Shown: piece by piece, positions 27,413 through 36,605 of the stretch
How positions within the stretch are numbered: position 1 is the first letter of the stretch
Layout: each line of letters begins with the position of its first letter
Source of the DNA: a virus
Reading direction: 5' to 3' (one strand)
DNA length: 64,000 nt
IMG/VR virus record: IMGVR_UViG_3300015360_000024
Location: 96,001-160,000 of that record
The notes under the pieces: generated by a model
The model's database searches: none
What the model was told of the DNA's origin: nothing
What the model saw: the letters and a program-made list of their open reading frames with translations, nothing else
Translations under genes and position numbers: made by a program

Positions 27413-28069
27413 ATGCCATTCTTCGAAGACAAGCTTACGGAGTTCATGGATTACCTGGTCCGGTTCGGGCTTGAGTACTATCGTCGCTACTACGGTCCGT
27501 ATCGCGCCCGTGTGATCAGTAACAAAGATCCGGAAGGCCTTGGTCGCGTCACAGTCGAGGTTCCGCGAGCAAAGCTTCACCGGCTAAACGCCAAGTGGGT
27601 CTTTCCCATGATGCACGGCGCCGGCAAGGAACACGGCGTTTTCTGGCCGCCGGAGGAGAACGATTTCGTCTTCGTGTTCTTCGATAACGGAGATCCGGAG
27701 CGTCCACTTGGCTACATGGGCGGGTGGTATGCCGAGAAGGAAGTCCACAAAGAGCTGAGCCCTGAGAGCGACGGGACCATCAAGAAGCGTGGCTTCAGAA
27801 CTCCAGGCGGCCATCTCATCGCGATGTCCGACGTTGGCGGCAAGGAGAAGATCCTCATTCGCCACAAGGATGGGACAATCGTCGAGTGGACCGACGACAA
27901 GAAGGTCAAGATCGGCAAGGAGGGCGGATCATTCGAGCCGATGATGAAGGGCAGTACTGTCAAAAAGTGGCTAGAGAGCCACACGCATCCGCACTCGTGG
28001 GGCCCCACTGGGCCGCCGATCCAGCCATTCCCTGTCAAAGGGCTTAGCGATGATGTCGAGGGGACCTGA
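27413..28069 (+). CDS. Baseplate central spike (gp5/gpV OB-fold)
   Basis: YRARVISNKDPEGLGRVTVEVP...GVFWPPEENDFVFVFFDNGDPERP; C-terminal HTHPH metal-binding tip motif. Confidence 0.9.
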   Translation: MPFFEDKLTEFMDYLVRFGLEYYRRYYGPYRARVISNKDPEGLGRVTVEVPRAKLHRLNAKWVFPMMHGAGKEHGVFWPPEENDFVFVFFDNGDPERPLGYMGGWYAEKEVHKELSPESDGTIKKRGFRTPGGHLIAMSDVGGKEKILIRHKDGTIVEWTDDKKVKIGKEGGSFEPMMKGSTVKKWLESHTHPHSWGPTGPPIQPFPVKGLSDDVEGT

Positions 28070-28530
28070 TGGCCCTCAACGTCGGACAGCTGCGTAGCCA
28101 GATTCAGGGCGTCTTTGACCAGCGCCTGGAGAGCATTCCGCAGATCGCCAGCAAGATCGCCAGGGCGTACCAGGCCTACGCTACGGCTGCCCAGGCTCCT
28201 CCTGGCGCCCCGGTAATCCTGAAGGGGTCAGAGAGCCGCCTCCTGGAGGTTGCTCTCTCCAACCTCATGCAGGGCCGTCTGCCGGCGCCACAGGCAGCGC
28301 AGGCGCTCGGAAGCGCGATTGCGTCATTCTGGTTGGTGCCTCCTGTCACGACCGGATCTGGCGGGGTCTGCACGGCAGTCGTCCCTCAGGCGGCGGTTGC
28401 GAAGATGGCGGCAACCAAGGTATCAGCATCGTCACAGGCTGCGATGTCATTGGCTCAGGCCTTTGATCTGATGACGAGGACCGTAATCGTCACCAACCCT
28501 CCGCCGCTTCCTCCAGGACCACTGTTTTAG
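28069..28530 (+). CDS. Hypothetical baseplate-associated protein
   Basis: TGATG-coupled to the spike gene; Ala/Pro rich. Confidence 0.6.
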   Translation: MALNVGQLRSQIQGVFDQRLESIPQIASKIARAYQAYATAAQAPPGAPVILKGSESRLLEVALSNLMQGRLPAPQAAQALGSAIASFWLVPPVTTGSGGVCTAVVPQAAVAKMAATKVSASSQAAMSLAQAFDLMTRTVIVTNPPPLPPGPLF

Positions 28531-28532
28531 CC

Positions 28533-28916
28533 ATGGCGAATTCACGGATCAGATCCTTCGCGTTTCCATTTCGGAAGGGGGAACTTGCGTTCCCGAAGTC
28601 CGCTACGGACACGGACGCGATCAAGGCGTCCGTGATACAGATCGTCACCACGCAACGTGGCGAGAGGGTTATGCGACCGGATTTCGGGTGCAACGCGTTC
28701 TCGTATGTGTTCGAGAATAATGGCCAGGAATTTAGAGTGAACGCAGAACGCGAGATTCGCCAGGCCCTATCCAAGTGGGAACGCAGGATCCGAGTGGACA
28801 CAGTAGAAATCACGTCCGACGATATCACTGAGCCAGGCCAGATCCTGATCGACATTTCGTACACGATTCTGTCCACCGGAGAAGTTGCGACCACGACGGT
28901 GGCTGGAGGGGTCTAA
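28533..28916 (+). CDS. gp25: Baseplate wedge protein gp25-like (GPW/gp25 family)
   Basis: IKASVIQIVTTQRGERVMRPDFGC...IRQALSKWERRI. Confidence 0.93.
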   Translation: MANSRIRSFAFPFRKGELAFPKSATDTDAIKASVIQIVTTQRGERVMRPDFGCNAFSYVFENNGQEFRVNAEREIRQALSKWERRIRVDTVEITSDDITEPGQILIDISYTILSTGEVATTTVAGGV

Positions 28917-31081
28917 TGGCAACGAATACGCTTACACGAGTACGCTATGCAGGCCTCGATTTCGATACGCACGAGGATGAGATCCTTGCGCGACTTCAGG
29001 TCAAGTTCGCGTCGGTGTTCAACGACTTTGCGGTCTCGTCGCTCGGGATCATGCTGGTCGACATCTTCTCGTTTGGCCTGGATACCCTGTCGTTTTATCT
29101 GGATCGTCGGGCCACTGACAATTTCATGGTTACGACGCGGACGAGGTCGTCTGCTGCAAGGCTCGCGAGACAGCTCGGTTATCGTCCTGGTCCTGCCAGC
29201 GCGTCGAGCGTTGACATTGATGTGTCGCTTGGCGCCGTTTATCCATTCGCGGTGACGGTTCCTATCGGATTTCAGTTCAACGGTCCAAATGGGTTGATCT
29301 TTGAAGCACAAGAGTCGCTGGCGTTCTCGCCAGGAGATCTAACCGTCAAGACGCTCACAGCCTCGGAAGGTGAGACGTTGACCGCCGTGTTCTTCTCGAA
29401 CGCAGAGGCCAACCAGGTTTACGATGTCGGCAACGTTCCGTCTGGTAAATTCATCGTTGGCAAGGGTACGGCCGGACAATCCAGAACTCTCGTTGAGGTT
29501 GACGGCAATAACTGGGTAGAGCAGGAATTCCTCCAGTTCGGAGACACCGAGCAGTTCGAGATGGGGTACGTCGACGCTCCTCCGACTGTCCGGTTCGGTG
29601 ACGGCATTGCCGGATCGATTCCTGATAACGGCGCCGAAGTCAAGGTTACATACTTCGCTTCGACTGGCGTCAACGGTGCTGCGACGGCCGGCACGATCAC
29701 TAAGGCAACTCGTCCGCTAGTCATTAGCTTCCAGCAGATCTCCCTAGTCATCAACAATCAAGAGGGGACCAGCGGTGGCTCGGATCCAGAGTCGCTGTCC
29801 AGCATTAAGGCGAACGCGCCGGCTGTCTTCAAGAGCCGGAACGTCAACGTCACCCTGGAGGACTACGAGGCGAGGTCTCAGTCGTTCGTGGATCCTGTTT
29901 TCGGCGCGATTGCAGTTGCTAGGGCAATCAATGTTCGTGGGGCGTCGGATGATGCATTCCTGTCGTCGCTGTTGACGACGATTAATACACAGTCCGGTAG
30001 CTATGCACCAACGGTGGATGCTGCGGTTACGGCAATCCTCGCAAGCCTGGCGCTGATCGATACGTCGGTGACCGATGCCCAAACCGACGATGCGACGCTT
30101 CAATCTAGCATTGCGACGGTTGCCAGCGAGGAAGTCAACGCCAGAACTGCTACTGAGGCAAACCGCACTGCTGCGGGCGTAGCTCAGGCGAATTCGGCGT
30201 CGGTGTCTGCTGATCTTTCTTCGCTGACTGCGGCTATTAACGCGTACACGGTTGCTGGGTCTACGCAGATTACGACGACGGATAAGAACATCCTTCTTAA
30301 CCTCATCAACGCGGCTACGGCCAAGAATAACGAGGTCAGTAGCCAGGCGTCGACGGTCCTATCGAATGTCACCACGGCGACGACTGCCCTTGATGCCATC
30401 AATGCCCAGGCAGATGTGGCCGAAGCTCGTCGTGCCGCGATTCGAGTCGACGTGGATGCTATTGCTGTTCAGAGCACGGCGGTGGATACGAGCACGAACG
30501 ATCTGTCGACCGACGTGACAGCCATCGAGAACACCATAACCACATTGACCGACGAGGTTGCGACGCACGTTGATTCGTTCCTGTCTAACGAATGCAAATC
30601 GAACCTGATCGAGGTTCCCGTTCTGACGTTGGATTCCGAGGGTTTCTATGTGGTGCCAACCAACGGTCTTCAGAAGAGCCTCCAAGCGTATCTGGACGGC
30701 GCCAAGGAAGTTACCCAGGTAGTGAAGGTGACTGGCGTGAGTTCACTCCTGGTCGCGGCTGACATCAGCGTGCTCGTTGGCGTGCTGACGGGCTACAACG
30801 AGGCCACGGTTCGCTCTCAGGTTGAGGCTGCGATCTTGAATGTCCTGCGCAAGCGTGCGTTTGGAAACAAGTTGAGGTTGTCGGAGTTGTACGCGCCGGT
30901 TGCTCCAGAGTTAGACAACGTGCCGATCGAGGGCGTTGAGTACGTCAACATCGAGATCACTGGGCCGATCGATCACCTAGACGTCGACGGTGGCCTCGCG
31001 GTGTCTGAGTACGAAGTGGTAACCCGAGGGACGATCGCGGTGACGTCCGAGGTGGTCAACAAGTCGCTCGTTGGCCAGTAG
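28916..31081 (+). CDS. Baseplate J / gp6-like wedge protein with a helical insertion
   Basis: LDFDT..DEIL...FNDFAVSSLG...LARQLGYRP; VRFGDGIAGSIP; GG.DPESLSSIK.NAP; VTLEDYE. Confidence 0.92.
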   Translation: MATNTLTRVRYAGLDFDTHEDEILARLQVKFASVFNDFAVSSLGIMLVDIFSFGLDTLSFYLDRRATDNFMVTTRTRSSAARLARQLGYRPGPASASSVDIDVSLGAVYPFAVTVPIGFQFNGPNGLIFEAQESLAFSPGDLTVKTLTASEGETLTAVFFSNAEANQVYDVGNVPSGKFIVGKGTAGQSRTLVEVDGNNWVEQEFLQFGDTEQFEMGYVDAPPTVRFGDGIAGSIPDNGAEVKVTYFASTGVNGAATAGTITKATRPLVISFQQISLVINNQEGTSGGSDPESLSSIKANAPAVFKSRNVNVTLEDYEARSQSFVDPVFGAIAVARAINVRGASDDAFLSSLLTTINTQSGSYAPTVDAAVTAILASLALIDTSVTDAQTDDATLQSSIATVASEEVNARTATEANRTAAGVAQANSASVSADLSSLTAAINAYTVAGSTQITTTDKNILLNLINAATAKNNEVSSQASTVLSNVTTATTALDAINAQADVAEARRAAIRVDVDAIAVQSTAVDTSTNDLSTDVTAIENTITTLTDEVATHVDSFLSNECKSNLIEVPVLTLDSEGFYVVPTNGLQKSLQAYLDGAKEVTQVVKVTGVSSLLVAADISVLVGVLTGYNEATVRSQVEAAILNVLRKRAFGNKLRLSELYAPVAPELDNVPIEGVEYVNIEITGPIDHLDVDGGLAVSEYEVVTRGTIAVTSEVVNKSLVGQ

Positions 31082-31090
31082 GAGTCAAAT

Positions 31091-31510
31091 ATGTCGATCT
31101 CTGGAGTTAGCTCAAACATTACAAAGAGTTCAAACTCGATCGACCTATACCAGGGCGAGTCGAAGGATCTGGATCTCCTTATCGTTCAGGAGGTCAGGGA
31201 CGTTAACGGCGTGCTCGTGGAGCAGCCAGTGGATCTGGCAGGGTCAACGATCTACCTCTCGGTTCGCAAGAAGGCGAACAGCCCAGAGCTGCTCATCAGC
31301 AAGGATTCGACGAATATCTTAGCCATTGAGATTGTCGCTCCGACGGCATCTGGCATGGCGATTATTCACCTACTTCCAGCGGACACGAAGAACCTCGCAG
31401 CTGGTGACTACGTGTTCGACATCTGGATCGTGCTCAGCAGCGGAAAAAATGCGCCTGTGGTAGAGATATCGGAATTCATTGTGAAGGAAGCTGTCACCAA
31501 GCTTCCGTAA
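31091..31510 (+). CDS. BppU-N-like Ig-type baseplate/fibre adaptor protein
   Basis: IDLYQGES...DLAGSTIYLSVRK...G.AIIHL.PADT.NL..GDYVFDIWI pattern. Confidence 0.65.
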   Translation: MSISGVSSNITKSSNSIDLYQGESKDLDLLIVQEVRDVNGVLVEQPVDLAGSTIYLSVRKKANSPELLISKDSTNILAIEIVAPTASGMAIIHLLPADTKNLAAGDYVFDIWIVLSSGKNAPVVEISEFIVKEAVTKLP

Positions 31511-31539
31511 CCAGCGGTGAAAATACTTGCGCAGATACC

Positions 31540-32391
31540 ATGTCCAAACAACTATTCGACAAGGTCGCCGAATCGATCACCAAGGATCACCCGTCGTTCA
31601 AGATCCGGTACAAGAACGAAAGCAGCCTCATGCGGTTCTTGGCCGTTTTGGCCTATCCGTTCAATGAGACCTTCGCGGACGGCTACATTACGACGCTTGG
31701 ATCGACGGTCTACTTCCCGAGCAGGGAGGATGTCGAGCAGAGCTACACGCACAGCGCCGACACGCTAGCCCACGAAGGCGTTCACATCTTCGACGCCCAG
31801 CGGCATGGTCTCTGGTTCACGCTCAGCTATGCGTTGAACCAGCTTGCGCTCCTGCCGTTGCTGGTGGCCTTTGCGATCCTGGGCAGCTGGGTTCCGGTTG
31901 CTGCCCTCGTTGGTGGCGGGACCATTGCCTATGTCTCGCTGTGGCTGATGATGAAGCTGACGGCCAGTAGGAATGTGCGTCGCTGGACGTTCTTCGTTTT
32001 GGCCGGCCTTGCCGGGCTTTCGTACCTTGGTTTGTCCGTTTGGTTGACGCACTGGTGGGCGATTCTTGGAGTTGCCGTCTTTGTGCCTCTGCTGCCTGTA
32101 TCTTCTTTGCTGAGGGCGGAGTGGGAGTATCGCGGATACGCTATGGGGTTCGCGATCCAGTATTGGCGATTTGGTTCCATCACGGATTCGATGATCGAGC
32201 AGAGGGTTGGCACCTTCACGGGGCCCGACTACTTCTTCATGGACAGGAACGCGGACCGGGTTCGCGACAAACTGAAGGATATCCGCGCGAGCGTTATCGA
32301 CGGGACGATTTTGCTCGGGGCTCTGGCTAGGCCGTATCAGCGGACGCTGGACGTGTTGAAAGAACTCGGGTTGGTCAAAGGAGCGGCTTGA
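31540..32391 (+). CDS. Membrane-embedded zincin-like metalloprotease (HExxH)
   Basis: TTLGSTVYFP...LAHEGVH; a downstream RAEWEYRGY supplies a candidate third-ligand Glu; 3-4 hydrophobic helices in between. Confidence 0.7.
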   Translation: MSKQLFDKVAESITKDHPSFKIRYKNESSLMRFLAVLAYPFNETFADGYITTLGSTVYFPSREDVEQSYTHSADTLAHEGVHIFDAQRHGLWFTLSYALNQLALLPLLVAFAILGSWVPVAALVGGGTIAYVSLWLMMKLTASRNVRRWTFFVLAGLAGLSYLGLSVWLTHWWAILGVAVFVPLLPVSSLLRAEWEYRGYAMGFAIQYWRFGSITDSMIEQRVGTFTGPDYFFMDRNADRVRDKLKDIRASVIDGTILLGALARPYQRTLDVLKELGLVKGAA

Positions 32392-33576
32392 GTGCCTAAC
32401 ACCGAGCAGATGTTGTGGCCGTACCCGAACAAGGATTCAGATCCTTGGTTCGAGGCATTCGAGACCATGGTTGCGTCCATGGACGCCTCTGGCTATGCGT
32501 CCAGGGAAGATCGCAACATCATTTTCGGAGGTGGCGGGGACGTTACATGGGACGCCGGTACCGGGACGCTGACGTGGGCTGATCCCATCGTCGCGTACTC
32601 GATGATTTCAGGTTTCAAGCTGTCGATCCCGGCTGGATTTCTCATCGTTCCAGATAATCAGGTTATCTACATCAACCTGACTAGGCATCCACAGACGAAT
32701 GCTTCGCTGGCTGTGACGACGGCAAGCACAGTTCCGAACACGGATGCAGCCATGGTTTTGGCGGTGCGTGTCGGTACGACAATCTACTGGCGCTGGGGCT
32801 CCAAGATTGAAACCGGCGAGACACTGAACCTATTCGGCGTTCCGGGTTCTGGTGCTGCTTCTGATATCTACGAGCGAGCGGCGACGTTTGGTGTGCCAAT
32901 CGGCAGCCTGACAGACGAGGCAACGCTGGGCCGGGTCGTCGTTCAGGGATCGCTCATCGGCGTCTCCGCTGAAATCACGCTGCCCGTTACAGCAGGCACG
33001 GTCGACGTCAACGTCAAGGTCAACGGCGTTGTTAAGTTGACGGTTCAGCTGTCGACCTCTGACCCGACACTGAAACAAACGTCGGTGGCTCCTGGCGTTC
33101 ATCCGATTGGATCGGCCGACCAGGTCTCCATCGAAGTTATTGCCGTTGGGCACAATAACGCCAGCGTGCTTCAGTCTGGCTTGACGGTGAACGCTGTTCT
33201 GGCGGCTGGTATTGCGTTGCCGCCAGCCGGAATTCCTGACGCCTCTGATTTCACCAGGGGGCTTACTGAGCTTTCGGTTGCCCCAGTCTTGGCAACCGAG
33301 CCGATTGCCGTAGGTGACAATGATCCAAGGATTACAGAGAACAGGCGGATACTCAGGACCATCGTTCAGCCGACCGACGGAAGCGATTTTATCGTCACGA
33401 TCTCTCCGGCGATGTCCACGATCAATTATATCGTCACGCATACACTCGCAACGGTCACAGGGCACGTGACTGTTAATGTGCCGTTGGTAGGTCGCCTGAC
33501 GACTCAATTCAATGTGAAGACCAGTACAGCCTTGTTGAACGGCGAGAGCATCTTCTTCAGGGTGGAGGCGCTCTAG
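32392..33576 (+). CDS. Virion appendage/fibre-type protein, paralog A
   Basis: N-terminal ~140 aa shared with ORF 38819; beta-rich modular C-terminus. Confidence 0.65.
   Translation: MPNTEQMLWPYPNKDSDPWFEAFETMVASMDASGYASREDRNIIFGGGGDVTWDAGTGTLTWADPIVAYSMISGFKLSIPAGFLIVPDNQVIYINLTRHPQTNASLAVTTASTVPNTDAAMVLAVRVGTTIYWRWGSKIETGETLNLFGVPGSGAASDIYERAATFGVPIGSLTDEATLGRVVVQGSLIGVSAEITLPVTAGTVDVNVKVNGVVKLTVQLSTSDPTLKQTSVAPGVHPIGSADQVSIEVIAVGHNNASVLQSGLTVNAVLAAGIALPPAGIPDASDFTRGLTELSVAPVLATEPIAVGDNDPRITENRRILRTIVQPTDGSDFIVTISPAMSTINYIVTHTLATVTGHVTVNVPLVGRLTTQFNVKTSTALLNGESIFFRVEAL
32408..32450 (+). repeat. 43-bp exact direct repeat, copy 1
   Basis: AGATGTTGTGGCCGTACCCGAACAAGGATTCAGATCCTTGGTT, identical to 38835-38877. 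Confidence 0.9.
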
Positions 33577-33577
33577 T

Positions 33578-36500
33578 ATGTCATTGCCGATTAAGAGTTA
33601 CGCTCTTGAAGTTGTCAGCGGAGGCGCTGCGAACCCGTTGGTTGTCTCAGGAACGACAGATCCGACGTTGGGACTGTCCAAGCCGGAAGGGTCGATCTAT
33701 CTGCGTTACGTCGTGGCCAGCGGCCAGGCGTTTATCAAGTTTGGGCCAGCCAGTACGGACTGGGTTGTGCTTGCCACGGGCGGCGGCGGCATTGGTAGCT
33801 CTCTTGATGATGCGTACGATTTCAGTGGCGCAGGTCTCGGTCGAACGATTACCGCAGACTCTGGTGCGCTGCAGATTGACGCGTTCACAACGAACACACA
33901 GGCTGCGCTTACAATCAACCGGCAGCCAGGCGGGGTTGCGGCTGCCGTTGGCGTTGATTTAGTTCTCAGCGGTAACTTGAATTCGAGCGGTGTGGGCATT
34001 CAGATCACCGACGCTGGATCCGGCACCAGCATCAAGGTTACGAAGTCGAATGCTGGGTCTGTGTATTTCGCAGACCTGACAAACGCAGGCGCTAAGGCGC
34101 TAGAGGTTGTGGTCACGGCTGCGCCGACGTCGGTCTCGCCGGTATCCATCGTTGCCAATACGACCGGCACAACGGCCGCACTACTGTCGGTTTCGAAGAT
34201 CCCAGGCGCCACGACGGCTGGTAATGCGATCTCTGTCTCGATGGGCGCCAACACGACAGGCGCTGGCATTGTTTCGACGAATGCAGGTCCAGGAGCGGCA
34301 GTTTCTGCGATTAACTCGTCGTCGACCTCTGGCGCGATGTCGATTCAGAATACGAACGTATCCGGCCCCGTCGACTTCTATGCGATTGACAGTGCCGGCA
34401 CCGCTCAGATGTCGTGGGGCGTCGGTAATGCAAGCTATTCAGACACCGCGCGTGTTGGCAGGGGTTACGTCTGGCGGAATGCCGGGAAAGATTTTGTCTT
34501 TGCTCGTACCAACGTTGTTGATGCGATCCTGAAGGCTGACGGCAAGCTTGGAATTGGAACGTCCACGACGCTAACCGCGCAGCTGGAAGTCAACGGCGCG
34601 ACGCCAGATGTCTTCATTAATGGATCGACGAGTTCTTTTTTGCGCTACCCGGCGCTTGGCGTGGCTGCGCCGACTTTTACGACGCGCAGCGTGGGTACTA
34701 AGATCGTCCTGTACCCAGCGGTCGCAGGAGCATCGGCCGATTATGCGCTTGGCATTGAGGGTAGCACGCTGTGGCATTCGGTCCCGACTGCAACCAGCTC
34801 AAACCATCACAGATGGTACTGCGGCATCACCGAGCGCATGAACTTGCGTGGCGACGGCGTTCTGAGCATCACGCAGTCGCTGGCGGATCCGGCTGACGGC
34901 AGCGGTATCATCACGCTGAAGAACACGCTGAGCACTAGCATGGCGCAGATTTCCTGGCAGAACCACACAAGCACATTCCAGGCGGCACTGGGACGCGCAA
35001 ACACCGCCTCTCAGGGTCAACTTTATTGGTACTTCGATAGCCCGACCAGTGCAGGACTTCTGTTTAGCGGCCCTGGCGGGACGAATATGAACATCTTCGC
35101 CGGAGTGGCGAACGGTGCCGGTTTCCAGATGCACAGTGGCAGCGCTGTGGTTGTCAGTGACGCGAACACCGGCCGTATGCGCTACGTCACGGCGGGTCAG
35201 AAGTTTCAGTTCTCGTTGAACGGCGGCGCCTACGTTGACGTCCCGGTTGCCGCAGCAGCGTTTACGACCAGCTCAGTTTTGTTCGCGAACGCCTCTGGGC
35301 AGATCGCTCAGGACAACGCCACATTCAGATGGGTTGACGCGACGAATAACTTGCAGGTTGGCACGAGCGCCGTCACGAACAACTTCACGGGATTCCCCCT
35401 TACGGTTTCGGTGTCGTCGACCGACATCGTTACGTACATGTGGAACACCAACGCGGCTGGATTTAGCGCGATGGGCGTTCTGGATAACGCCCTTGCGTTC
35501 AAGGCCAACTGGGGCTACGGCAACGCGAGCACTCCGGCGCCGTTTGCGAACAAGGCATTTTTCCAGACCAGTGGCTGTGACTTCGTGCTCGTCGACTCAG
35601 CGAGCACATACAAGTTCTTCTTCGGCATGGCCAATAACTCGACGGTCATGCAGATGGCCAACGGGTCTAGCGGCGCTGTCAGCGAGGCCAGCACTGGAAG
35701 GATTCGCTACAACACCACTGGTCAGAAGTTCCAGGTTTCAGCAAATGGCGCCGCCTACGTTGATCTCGCAACTGGCGGCGGGACCGGCATGGCGATCGGT
35801 AACGCGATCACCAGCGCGACGGCTGGTTCTGTTCTGTTTGCTGGCGCAGCTGGAATTCTCCAACAGGACAACGCGAACTTCTTCTGGGATGACACCAACA
35901 ACCGGCTAGGTATCGGAACGGCTACTCCATCGGCGACGCTGCATGTGAAGGATACCGAAGTCTTCACCACAGCTGTTCGGCTTGAGCATACTGCGACGTC
36001 TGGAATCTCTGGCGCCGATCTAATCGACTCAGCAGCCGCCTATAAGGGTTCAATTGGCTACGCTGGTTCTACGACGACTATCACGCATATACAGAGCAAG
36101 ATCTTCATTCATTCGGCTGGTCCAGATGTTGTTATTACGAATGCTACGAATGCAGCATTCACATTCGGGATGACAGCTTCATCGATCGCGTTGCAGATGC
36201 AGAACGGCAGCGGTGCAGCGATTGGCGCCGCCAGCACGGGTAAGCTGATCTACAATACAACTGGTCAAAAATTCCAGGTTAGCGTCAACGGATCGTCGTA
36301 TGTAGATCTATCCCCTGGTGTCGAGCGCCTATCTGCCGATGGTGCAGCCGATCCGGTTATTCAGACCACGTTTGTCTCAGGCGCAGGAACCGATCTGACG
36401 CTTGCCAACGGTGCGGTCGACGGGTTCATAAAGAACTTCGTTGTAACCAGCGGCACTGGAACAATTACCCCGACAAACCTGGCGGATGGAAATGTTCTCA

Positions 36501-36598
36501 CTTATTCGGCGGCTCCTGCGAATGTTAGTTTCGTTTGGGATGCGACTGGTGCGACGTGGCACGTCTACGGCAACCCCTACAACATGGTTACCACCTGA
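33578..36598 (+). CDS. Long tail-fibre-like protein with internal repeats
   Basis: 1006 aa, G/A/S/T rich; three copies of TG...Y.T.GQKFQ.S.NG..YVD and two of SVLFA...G...QDNA.F.W.D..N.L..G. Confidence 0.75.
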   Translation: MSLPIKSYALEVVSGGAANPLVVSGTTDPTLGLSKPEGSIYLRYVVASGQAFIKFGPASTDWVVLATGGGGIGSSLDDAYDFSGAGLGRTITADSGALQIDAFTTNTQAALTINRQPGGVAAAVGVDLVLSGNLNSSGVGIQITDAGSGTSIKVTKSNAGSVYFADLTNAGAKALEVVVTAAPTSVSPVSIVANTTGTTAALLSVSKIPGATTAGNAISVSMGANTTGAGIVSTNAGPGAAVSAINSSSTSGAMSIQNTNVSGPVDFYAIDSAGTAQMSWGVGNASYSDTARVGRGYVWRNAGKDFVFARTNVVDAILKADGKLGIGTSTTLTAQLEVNGATPDVFINGSTSSFLRYPALGVAAPTFTTRSVGTKIVLYPAVAGASADYALGIEGSTLWHSVPTATSSNHHRWYCGITERMNLRGDGVLSITQSLADPADGSGIITLKNTLSTSMAQISWQNHTSTFQAALGRANTASQGQLYWYFDSPTSAGLLFSGPGGTNMNIFAGVANGAGFQMHSGSAVVVSDANTGRMRYVTAGQKFQFSLNGGAYVDVPVAAAAFTTSSVLFANASGQIAQDNATFRWVDATNNLQVGTSAVTNNFTGFPLTVSVSSTDIVTYMWNTNAAGFSAMGVLDNALAFKANWGYGNASTPAPFANKAFFQTSGCDFVLVDSASTYKFFFGMANNSTVMQMANGSSGAVSEASTGRIRYNTTGQKFQVSANGAAYVDLATGGGTGMAIGNAITSATAGSVLFAGAAGILQQDNANFFWDDTNNRLGIGTATPSATLHVKDTEVFTTAVRLEHTATSGISGADLIDSAAAYKGSIGYAGSTTTITHIQSKIFIHSAGPDVVITNATNAAFTFGMTASSIALQMQNGSGAAIGAASTGKLIYNTTGQKFQVSVNGSSYVDLSPGVERLSADGAADPVIQTTFVSGAGTDLTLANGAVDGFIKNFVVTSGTGTITPTNLADGNVLTYSAAPANVSFVWDATGATWHVYGNPYNMVTT

Positions 36599-36605
36599 GG
36601 GTGAT

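Noticed and set aside
14316-31081. Extracellular contractile injection system or T6SS interpretation of the sheath/tube/spike/baseplate genes
   Set aside because: Portal, prohead protease, major capsid and neck genes are in the same operon, so this is a phage.
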